A DNA stretch of 64,000 nucleotides, taken from positions 12,773-76,772 of IMG/VR virus record IMGVR_UViG_3300029441_000005, one strand, 5' to 3'. The position numbers and the translations under genes were made by a program. The notes beneath the pieces were generated by a model. The model was not told where the DNA came from. It did not search any database and saw nothing but the letters and a program-made list of their open reading frames with translations. This DNA comes from a virus. This document shows, piece by piece, positions 57,141-63,981 of this stretch; the first letter of the stretch is position 1, and the number at the start of each line of letters is the position of its first letter.

Positions 57141-57545
57141 TTATTTCAAGCTGTGGTATTGATAAAAAAGTATTCCTTTAGATGAGATAGTAACGGTGAC
57201 TATGGCTCTAGTTTGGTCGTTGTTAACGAAACCTTCTCCAATGGGTTGATTACCGTCTACAGAATAACTATGACTAAAGTGAAACTCTACTCTTGAATTA
57301 TTAAATCTGAACCCCGTGGATATGGCTTTCTGTTCATATTGACCACCATAATCTTGACTATCTACTATCATAATGCCATCTATCTGTTCATTTTTAACTT
57401 GATTGTAGATAGTTATCAGTTCAACTGTAGATAGTACATTGGTCATCCAACTTCCCATATCAGTGCTTGGTAAGGGTAATTTTGCGAATTTCATATCATC
57501 TTCTTCTATTATGATTGGTACGTTTTGAGAATGGAATCCTAACAT
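57141..57545 (-). CDS. hypothetical protein, paralog A of a divergent pair
   Basis: N-terminus FHSQNVPIIIEEDDMKFAKL matches FHQGNVPIIEDDMKFAEI of 57617-58027, with synonymous nucleotide differences. Confidence 0.55.
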   Translation of the reverse strand: MLGFHSQNVPIIIEEDDMKFAKLPLPSTDMGSWMTNVLSTVELITIYNQVKNEQIDGIMIVDSQDYGGQYEQKAISTGFRFNNSRVEFHFSHSYSVDGNQPIGEGFVNNDQTRAIVTVTISSKGILFYQYHSLK

Positions 57546-57570
57546 AGCCGTATTGTATGTGTTTAATGGT

Positions 57571-57597
57571 AAAAGTATATCTTAGAGATATACTTTT
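57571..57597. promoter_or_regulatory. perfect 12-3-12 palindrome centred in the 71-bp divergent intergenic region (operator candidate)
   Basis: AAAAGTATATCT-TAG-AGATATACTTTT verified by hand. Its centre, 57584, is about 3 nt from the gap centre, 57581. Confidence 0.55.
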
Positions 57598-57616
57598 AAT
57601 CCATAAACCATACGAT

Positions 57617-58027
57617 ATGAGTTTACTTTTATTTCACCAAGGTAATGTACCTATAATCGAAGATGATATGAAATTTGCAGAAATTAAGTTAGAGAACAAC
57701 AAGACATCGGGTAAAAGCTGGGCATTCATTGGGTTTGTTACTGAGAAGGATGTACTCTCCCAAATTGTAGTGGACCTCATCTATAGTAGGATAGATGGTA
57801 TTAAACTGGTAATGGACCTGACAGCTTTCCAAAGTTCAAGTTCTTCAAAAGGAACCCACATTGTAGGGTTTCCCTATTACCATTTAGACTTTGACAATCA
57901 GAAGCTGACTATAAAGGTAAATAACTCCGGTATACAAATGCCAACAGACGACCAATCACAGATAATAGACTACATTACCATATATGCCAATGGAAATTTA
58001 GATATCCGGTTATTAGATAAGCAATAA
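57617..58027 (+). CDS. hypothetical protein, paralog B of the divergent pair (start moved to ATG 57617; the longer ORF would cover the palindrome)
   Basis: MSLLLFHQGNVPIIEDDMKFAEIKL... Shares the N-terminal and IDGI motifs with paralog A. Confidence 0.55.
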   Translation: MSLLLFHQGNVPIIEDDMKFAEIKLENNKTSGKSWAFIGFVTEKDVLSQIVVDLIYSRIDGIKLVMDLTAFQSSSSSKGTHIVGFPYYHLDFDNQKLTIKVNNSGIQMPTDDQSQIIDYITIYANGNLDIRLLDKQ

Positions 58028-58118
58028 TCCTAAGATGGGCTCACTACCAAGGGTCCCTCTTATTGTGTGTATACCTTGATACCGAAACGATATCTTCAGG
58101 TCTATATCCCTTAAATTC

Positions 58119-58325
58119 ATGAATACTATGTTAAAGGTTTTATTTCATATCCTTTTCTTCCTTATTGGATTCACACTTACATTGGGAATAATGGGTGGGG
58201 TCCTTTGCTCGTTGCAGAAACATTCTAGTAAATTATTACAAATAATAGGTGAGTTATTCATATTCGGAATAATTTGCATTCTGGTAGTCACTCTTACAAT
58301 AGTTATAATTAAACCCTATGCCTAA
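58119..58325 (+). CDS. small two-TM membrane protein
   Basis: VLFHILFFLIGFTLTLGIMGGVL and LFIFGIICILVVTLTIVII. Confidence 0.45.
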   Translation: MNTMLKVLFHILFFLIGFTLTLGIMGGVLCSLQKHSSKLLQIIGELFIFGIICILVVTLTIVIIKPYA

Positions 58326-58327
58326 TC

Positions 58328-58729
58328 ATGGAACAGAAAGAAAAGAATAAGATTATCCTGGAATGGATAACCAAAGCTAAGGATGTTTATGTGAATACCA
58401 TTATTAATTGTGGAATGTGCAAGTCATTCAAATTGGCTATATTAAGGGATTCAGAATTAGAGAAGTCTTTGATTTGTATCTTACAGGATATGGGACATGA
58501 GTCAGAGATACTTGATGGTAAACTATTGTATAATCCTGAATGGCCTTTTATACTTATCCCTGAATTTAACTTTGAGTTCTTGGGTGGAGATAAAACTACT
58601 GAGGCTTATAGGGAAGTTCAAAACCATAAGTTGACCCTTCGAGAAATATTTTGGTGGAGCAAGTGGGATAGTGAAGTAAGGGTTAAGGCTTTTGATAGAC
58701 TTATAGGGATATATAAGGCTAAATCATAG
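58328..58729 (+). CDS. hypothetical protein
   Basis: 133-aa ORF. Confidence 0.45.
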   Translation: MEQKEKNKIILEWITKAKDVYVNTIINCGMCKSFKLAILRDSELEKSLICILQDMGHESEILDGKLLYNPEWPFILIPEFNFEFLGGDKTTEAYREVQNHKLTLREIFWWSKWDSEVRVKAFDRLIGIYKAKS

Positions 58730-58738
58730 GCCTTATAA

Positions 58739-58936
58739 TTGGAGCCAAAAAATATCCCGGAAAAATTTTATGAAGAGCCTTTAGATGGGTTCTTCATTTT
58801 GTGTAGGGAGAGGGGGGATGTGGCATGTGCCTTTCAGGAAGAGCTTAAGGAGAGGTTTCTTTGGGAGCTGGCAGTAAAAAGGTTTTGGTACCTTAAAGAG
58901 TCTTATCACGAGGTCTTCAAAAACATCTGGCAGTAA
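58739..58936 (+). CDS. hypothetical small protein (only a TTG start is available)
   Basis: 65-aa ORF with no in-frame ATG. Confidence 0.3.
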   Translation: MEPKNIPEKFYEEPLDGFFILCRERGDVACAFQEELKERFLWELAVKRFWYLKESYHEVFKNIWQ

Positions 58937-58980
58937 AAGGGGGCCACGGTGTCCCTATCGCAAAATTAAATTTTATTAAA

Positions 58981-59007
58981 AATAGGGGACAAATTTTGTC
59001 CCCTATT
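58981..59007. terminator. bidirectional terminator at a convergent junction
   Basis: AATAGGGGACAAA-T-TTTGTCCCCTATT, 13-nt arms flanked by A/T runs. Confidence 0.65.
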
Positions 59008-59016
59008 CGATTTTAT

Positions 59017-59355
59017 TTACTTGCTTTCTTTTTCATTCATTGCAAGTAAGAAATTTTTGATTGTGTCCCTTTTTTCTGTATTTGCATTTGCATCGACGAT
59101 GCAATTTGCATTTATATATACTTGCTTTGCATATTCTTGCCATGCTTTTTTTAGTGCTTTCCTTTTTTCTATATTTTTATTGCTTGCAATAAATTCTGCT
59201 ATGAACGCATCTAACTTTTTACGCAACTTCATTCGCAGATTCTTTTTTTCTTTGTCGGTTTTACATTCTGCAAAGATTTCTTTTTTGTAGATGCTTTTTC
59301 TTTCGTTGGTCGAAAAAATTTCGTTGCCGATTGCTAAAATTTCATTTGCTTTCAT
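59017..59355 (-). CDS. hypothetical Lys-rich early protein
   Basis: 112-aa ORF with its own consensus promoter. Starts MKAN, like the next early gene. Confidence 0.5.
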   Translation of the reverse strand: MKANEILAIGNEIFSTNERKSIYKKEIFAECKTDKEKKNLRMKLRKKLDAFIAEFIASNKNIEKRKALKKAWQEYAKQVYINANCIVDANANTEKRDTIKNFLLAMNEKESK

Positions 59356-59406
59356 AGTAGTAAAATTTTTAATTGGTTTAACTTTTATTAGTTCTTTTCT
59401 GTATTA

Positions 59407-59437
59407 CAAATATACAACAAATATTTTCAATTACAAA
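59407..59437 (-). promoter_or_regulatory. early promoter (TTTG-19 nt-TATATTTG)
   Basis: Reverse complement TTTGtaattgaaaatatttgttgTATATTTGtaatac. Confidence 0.6.
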
Positions 59438-59473
59438 ATTTTAGACATAAATTTTGATTATATTTTCCTATAA

Positions 59474-59966
59474 TAGAACAAATTAGGATAAATATTGCCT
59501 ATTAGGGAATTAGGGTGTTAAGGTAGGTGGGTTTAATGGTAAGTTGAGTATAAGGTTATTGTTGGTGGGATGGTTTGTTGGTATAAGGTTGGATTGAAAT
59601 TAGGCCTTAGCTGGCACCTTTGGGTACCTCAACTCCTCGGGTTATGGCCTTTAATGTTCCTTTTCATTTTCGGCCTTGGTCCTTGGGAATCTAGAACTAT
59701 ATAATTTTATAACTAAGTAAACTTATATTCCGTAAGTACTAAGTTTCTATGATATGCCCCTACTTGCAAATGGGAACACTTTATTTTGCATTGCACTTTA
59801 GGAAAATTTTGAATACAGGGTTGGGATTGGTGCCAAGAGGTGCCTGCATGGCCTATAATATAAAAGGCCTATAAGCCAAGCCACTAAAAGCGATATAAGG
59901 CCTTAACCCTATACATATCTAAAAGGCCCCCTATAAGGTAGGCCTAAGTTTAGGTTTAACCTGGGT
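59474..59966. repeat. non-coding spacer: 104-nt C-free tract followed by a GGCC-palindrome-rich segment
   Basis: No ORF of 60 aa or more. 8 GGCC sites hand-counted in 59600-59966. Confidence 0.7.
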
Positions 59967-60332
59967 TTATTCCAGGTAGGATATATTTAGGAGAATAAGC
60001 CCGTCGGCGATATTTGATGAGGTTATTCGGATAGAGCCCAGGTCTGAGTTAAGTTCGAAGTTGAGTTTTTCGATTATGGGAGTTTCGAAGTCCCGGTCGG
60101 ATTCCTGGTAGGAGGTATCCAGGATAAGGGAGGTGATTTCGGCACCGTGGGCAGAATCGAGAGTCCAATTGTGAGAGTGATAGAAGGAGAGTTCCTCGGG
60201 TTGAGGGAGAAGGTCGGTGAGGGTTTGAGCAATTTGGGAGATTGCAGGGAGTGCAGAGTTGAGCATGGAGAAGGTTGCAAGTTGGTTTTGCAGTTGGTTC
60301 TCAATTTGATTTTTAATTTGATTTGCTTTCAT
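59967..60332 (-). CDS. hypothetical early protein
   Basis: 121-aa ORF with consensus promoter. Confidence 0.5.
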   Translation of the reverse strand: MKANQIKNQIENQLQNQLATFSMLNSALPAISQIAQTLTDLLPQPEELSFYHSHNWTLDSAHGAEITSLILDTSYQESDRDFETPIIEKLNFELNSDLGSIRITSSNIADGLILLNISYLE

Positions 60333-60374
60333 AATTGTAAGAATTAAATATTAGTTATTTCTTTTTCTACATTA

Positions 60375-60406
60375 CAAATATAATCATAATATTTAATATA
60401 CACAAA
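60375..60406 (-). promoter_or_regulatory. early promoter (TTTG-20 nt-TATATTTG)
   Basis: Reverse complement TTTGtgtatattaaatattatgatTATATTTGtaatg. Confidence 0.6.
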
Positions 60407-60503
60407 TTAAATATTAGGGCCTTCAAGTGGGCCTAAGGTTTATGGCCACTATAAGGCACCAGAGGGTACCCAGGTTGAATCCCTAAAGGCCTTATAAGCT
60501 CAT

Positions 60504-60532
60504 AAATAAAAAAGGCCTGGGTTGGCAGGCCT
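60504..60532 (-). terminator. intrinsic terminator after 60577-60963
   Basis: The minus strand reads AGGCCTG-CCAACC-CAGGCCT followed by TTTTTTATTTAT. Confidence 0.6.
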
Positions 60533-60576
60533 AACAGAAAAGAGAAATGAAAGCAAATAGGTGGGCCAACCCCCAC

Positions 60577-60963
60577 CTATGCCAATGTCTCCATATAGGT
60601 TATATACATTCCCAAATCACTATCCGCAAAGGTTAATGCAATCCCAGCCCGGTTCGAAGTTACCATGGTAATCCCGTTACCAACTTCGTTTACCTTGTAA
60701 TCACCTTGAACATATTCCTTGAATTGCTCGGTTAACCTACCGGTTAAATCCTGGCTTGCCTCGCATAACTTATCAATCCCATCATAATCCTCGTTATACA
60801 GAGTCGGATTATATTCCAGGAACATAGCCTGCCAACTATCACCACTGCGAGGGTTAAACTCCTGGGACATACCCGGAATAAAATACGAAGCCCCGTTACC
60901 TGCCTCGTAAGCCTTATCCTTAATTAACCCCTTAACCGATGCAATTAAATCAAATCTTTTCAT
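60577..60963 (-). CDS. hypothetical early protein
   Basis: 128-aa ORF with a promoter and a terminator. Confidence 0.5.
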   Translation of the reverse strand: MKRFDLIASVKGLIKDKAYEAGNGASYFIPGMSQEFNPRSGDSWQAMFLEYNPTLYNEDYDGIDKLCEASQDLTGRLTEQFKEYVQGDYKVNEVGNGITMVTSNRAGIALTFADSDLGMYITYMETLA

Positions 60964-61000
60964 AACCTTAAAATTAGTTAATTATTATTATACTGTATTA

Positions 61001-61032
61001 CAAGTATAATATAATTATACTATATATGCAAA
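61001..61032 (-). promoter_or_regulatory. early promoter variant (TTTG-20 nt-TATACTTG)
   Basis: Reverse complement TTTGcatatatagtataattatatTATACTTGtaatac. Confidence 0.5.
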
Positions 61033-61055
61033 TTAAAGATGAAGGCCTTTGAAGG

Positions 61056-61280
61056 TTAGATTTTATCGACCTCCAAACCTTCCGGACCCATATTCAGGAT
61101 ATAACCTGCCTGAATCAAATTATTAACTACCGAGGGTACACATTTCTTAATATGCAACCTGAATTCCGATTGGCCCATATACCCTACGAAGTTATCCTTG
61201 GGAGTATTGATTGCCAATTCGGTGGAATGGTGTTTGGAGATAATTTCCAGGGCAGTGGTAAAATCTTTAGAATTAAGCAT
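61056..61280 (-). CDS. hypothetical early protein
   Basis: 74-aa ORF. Leader ends TTAAGGCC-ATG, as for 62992-63342. Confidence 0.5.
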   Translation of the reverse strand: MLNSKDFTTALEIISKHHSTELAINTPKDNFVGYMGQSEFRLHIKKCVPSVVNNLIQAGYILNMGPEGLEVDKI

Positions 61281-61322
61281 GGCCTTAAATGTTTTGGGGT
61301 TTATTATTTATCTTTCTTTATA

Positions 61323-61354
61323 CAAATATAAGAATAATATATAATATATGCAAA
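61323..61354 (-). promoter_or_regulatory. early promoter (TTTG-20 nt-TATATTTG)
   Basis: Reverse complement TTTGcatatattatatattattctTATATTTGtataa. Confidence 0.6.
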
Positions 61355-62181
61355 TAAATATTCTGGGCCCTCATTAGGCCTTGGGCCCTTAATCCTAAAG
61401 GCCACTAAAAGCTAATCCTTATATAATATAAAGGCTATATTAAGGTACCTTAACCTACCATAAAAGGCCTTAAAAGGTACCTTAAATGTGCCCTAACTAA
61501 GCCTTAACTTGAGAAATCAAATCTCCAATACTCTATTCCTGGCATATCGATTTTAGACACCTGTTCCAAAATCCCCTAAAATACTCGCATATATATATAT
61601 AATATAGATTGTATTCTTTAGGGATTGGGATTAAGGCCCTTAAAGGCACCTAAGTGTACCAATGAAGTTATTCATCTATTCTCAGATATAGACCTGTAGA
61701 GAGGCTATAAGTCTCTTTATCGAAAAGGCCTTAGCTAAGGGCCTTAACCTTACCTTAAAAGACTTATGATTATATATAATATAGACTTGATTGAGATGGG
61801 ATTTAGGGTACCTTAAAGGCTGCCTTTAGGGCTCTCTTTGGGTCTTAGGGCCCTAAGTCTGGTTAGCTACTACGTATAGTAACAAAGATAGCTCCAGAGC
61901 TCTTAGGGTACACAGTAAGGCCCTACCCTTGCCTTAACCAAAATTTTTTCCTCACCCCGATTTTATGGCCCTTGGACTTTTTCGTCGTCCGGACCCGTAT
62001 TACCGACTGCCTGTTAACTTTTGCCCTATCTGAACACACAAATAAAAGGCCTCTAAGATAAAAGCCAACCTTAAAAGCCTTATATGATTGATGATTATAA
62101 GTATATGTATTTATATAAGGGCTTATATATAGGATGATGTTATGGATATTTGATTTCTTTTGTGTTTTGGGGTAGAGGGTA
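61355..62181. repeat. ~830-bp non-coding region dense in short palindromes (AAGGCCTT, TTAAGGTACCTTAA, CTTAGGGCCCTAAG) with a ~176-nt periodic TATATAATATA box
   Basis: No ORF of 60 aa or more on either strand. 12 GGCC sites hand-counted in 61361-62080. Confidence 0.75.
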
Positions 62182-62334
62182 TTAGAATCCTGGCTTTAGG
62201 TTGAGATGCCTTAATACTTCCCTTAGTTCGGAATCTGTATAAGCCTTTGCCTTTTGGATTGGGATGTTGTTATGGTTTGAGGCTATGATGATGGCCTTTT
62301 CTTTTGATACCTTAATTGGTTTTCTTTGTTTCAT
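62182..62334 (-). CDS. small hypothetical protein (50 aa, below the ORF-track cutoff)
   Basis: Own translation MKQRKPIKVSKEKAIIIASNHNNIPIQKAKAYTDSELREVLRHLNLKPGF. The ATG is 3 nt after the upstream stop. Confidence 0.4.
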   Translation of the reverse strand: MKQRKPIKVSKEKAIIIASNHNNIPIQKAKAYTDSELREVLRHLNLKPGF

Positions 62335-62337
62335 AGG

Positions 62338-62550
62338 TTATTCTTTGGTTGTGGGCATATCTTCTTTTTCTACCCAGATTTTATCTATGGTGGTTCTATG
62401 GAACTTGCCTTCGGTATTTAGGATTATGGCCATTTGATAACCTGAACCACAGTGCCAATGTTGGATATATCCTTTGTATACAACATCAGTGTAAAGCCCA
62501 GTATCTTCATCCCTTTCTTGACTGGTGTAATGTACTAAAATGTCTTTCAT
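62338..62550 (-). CDS. hypothetical early protein
   Basis: 70-aa ORF. Confidence 0.45.
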   Translation of the reverse strand: MKDILVHYTSQERDEDTGLYTDVVYKGYIQHWHCGSGYQMAIILNTEGKFHRTTIDKIWVEKEDMPTTKE

Positions 62551-62705
62551 AGCTTTATTTGGATTTAGGGTAGAACTTATTCTTGAGAGCGGTGTAATTC
62601 CTTGTAGAGTTCAGATAACTTTGCATTGAGTTGATTCATTGAGAGATCTCTTAATTCTCTGGATTCAGTGCATTTCATAGTATAGATGATTATGAGTAAT
62701 AAGTA

Positions 62706-62867
62706 TCATCTGCCCAGTTTTCTCCTACGACATCCTGGATGTTTTGGATTTTCTTCTGGGATTGGTAGGAAGTTCTTTCCATTACAGAAGGTATAGCATC
62801 CTCCTCCCTCTTCTAAGGGTCTCTGACATTTTGTGCAGATATGGGTTGAATTGGATTTAGGTTTCAT
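62706..62867 (-). CDS. small zinc-ribbon protein (start taken at MKPKSNSTH)
   Basis: CTKC ... CYTFC. The longer ORF-track version overlaps a better-looking TM ORF. Confidence 0.4.
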   Translation of the reverse strand: MKPKSNSTHICTKCQRPLEEGGGCYTFCNGKNFLPIPEENPKHPGCRRRKLGR

Positions 62868-62869
62868 GA

Positions 62870-62971
62870 TTAGTATTTTATTTGGATGATTACCCAAGAA
62901 ACTATCAGTATTACAGCTACCAGGATTATCCATTCCAGTAATGCTTGCAATAATAACTTAAGTGTTTTCAT
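62870..62971 (-). CDS. 33-aa single-TM peptide (below the ORF-track cutoff)
   Basis: Own translation MKTLKLLLQALLEWIILVAVILIVSWVIIQIKY. The stop lies 2 nt before the next ATG. Confidence 0.35.
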   Translation of the reverse strand: MKTLKLLLQALLEWIILVAVILIVSWVIIQIKY

Positions 62972-62991
62972 ATCCAGCTATCTTTGAGTTA

Positions 62992-63342
62992 CTAGATTGG
63001 GTAGTAGCAGCGGATAGAGATGATACCTCCGTGATTGCGGATTACCCATGTTTGTTCGTATTCGAAATAATCCAGAGACTCGTAAATATCGAATACTGAT
63101 TCCAGTTCTGTATTTGTACCACCAAATATTTCCGTACCCGGAGCCGGTGTGAAGGTGAAAGTATGATGACCACCATACTGATTGTTTCTGGTCTCTATCT
63201 TAGTGAGGAGCATACCATATCTCCGGAGAAATTCCCTGAATGTGCATTGGAAATACATTTCGGGGTCTGTCATGCCTTGTCTTTTGCACCATCCGTGAAC
63301 TTTCTTCAGGAGGTATAAGTAATTGTCTGATTGTTTTTTCAT
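62992..63342 (-). CDS. hypothetical early protein
   Basis: 116-aa ORF with consensus promoter. Confidence 0.5.
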   Translation of the reverse strand: MKKQSDNYLYLLKKVHGWCKRQGMTDPEMYFQCTFREFLRRYGMLLTKIETRNNQYGGHHTFTFTPAPGTEIFGGTNTELESVFDIYESLDYFEYEQTWVIRNHGGIISIRCYYPI

Positions 63343-63385
63343 GGCCTTAATTTATTTAATTAATTATTATCTTATTTCCTATATA

Positions 63386-63417
63386 CAAATATAGCAAATA
63401 TTTTGTAATTATGCAAA
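63386..63417 (-). promoter_or_regulatory. early promoter (TTTG-20 nt-TATATTTG)
   Basis: Reverse complement TTTGcataattacaaaatatttgcTATATTTGtatat. Confidence 0.6.
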
Positions 63418-63433
63418 TAAATATTGAAGGCCT

Positions 63434-63733
63434 TTACCAGCGTTCGTCTTCGATAGTGATGCGAATGTGGACATTTTGTTGAGGATGCTCCTTTAACCAT
63501 CTCTCAATCTCTCCAGCCCTTTCGAGACTGTCGATATAGTCTGGAGCTAAAGCCTTAACTGTTTCATAAGGTAAGCTCCCATCGGGATTTATCCAGGGTT
63601 TAGCAGGTGGCTCTTTTTCCTGGTTTTTATTCTCGATTACTGCCATAATAACTACAATTAGAACAATGGCAATAGCTAACCACATGAATATGATTAGAGT
63701 ACTGCCTTCTGAGTTTTTGTCTTGAGTTTTCAT
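63434..63733 (-). CDS. single-TM membrane protein
   Basis: LIIFMWLAIAIVLIVVIMAVI. Confidence 0.45.
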   Translation of the reverse strand: MKTQDKNSEGSTLIIFMWLAIAIVLIVVIMAVIENKNQEKEPPAKPWINPDGSLPYETVKALAPDYIDSLERAGEIERWLKEHPQQNVHIRITIEDERW

Positions 63734-63981
63734 GAGACTTTATCTTTTAGTTGAACATTGTGAGCTGACATGAGTTCAGCTTTTGACATGAACTCTTTCA
63801 TGTGACTCTCTTTAATGAGAGTGAGTACCTTCTCTCCTGTCTTGGTGTTGACCATCATTGTGGGAAATACTTTAGACATCTTGGGAAGTCCATCTGGACC
63901 TGGTTCTAAGTCTTCTATCAGCATTATTTCTGCTTCCGAGTTTAATGCCAGTATATACGGAACCAATTCAAACATTTTCAT
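63730..63981 (-). CDS. hypothetical protein
   Basis: 83-aa ORF, ATGA overlap with the next gene. Confidence 0.45.
   Translation of the reverse strand: MKMFELVPYILALNSEAEIMLIEDLEPGPDGLPKMSKVFPTMMVNTKTGEKVLTLIKESHMKEFMSKAELMSAHNVQLKDKVS

Noticed and set aside
59474-62181. Possibility that the repeat-rich non-coding region is a CRISPR array
   Set aside because: There is no constant-length direct repeat with regular repeat-spacer periodicity. The recurring units are short palindromes at irregular spacing. No cas genes are present.
59474-62181. Possibility that the ORF-free spacers reflect stop-codon reassignment (known in some Bacteroidota phages)
   Set aside because: TAA, TAG and TGA all occur densely in every frame of these spacers. 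The rest of the window gives long uninterrupted ORFs under the standard code.
62577-62678. 33-aa minus-strand ORF MKCTESRELRDLSMNQLNAKLSELYKELHRSQE, which superficially resembles the N-terminus of ribosomal protein L29
   Set aside because: It is too short and truncated relative to L29, and the similarity is a generic helical pattern. It may still be a real micro-ORF in the early operon but cannot be supported.
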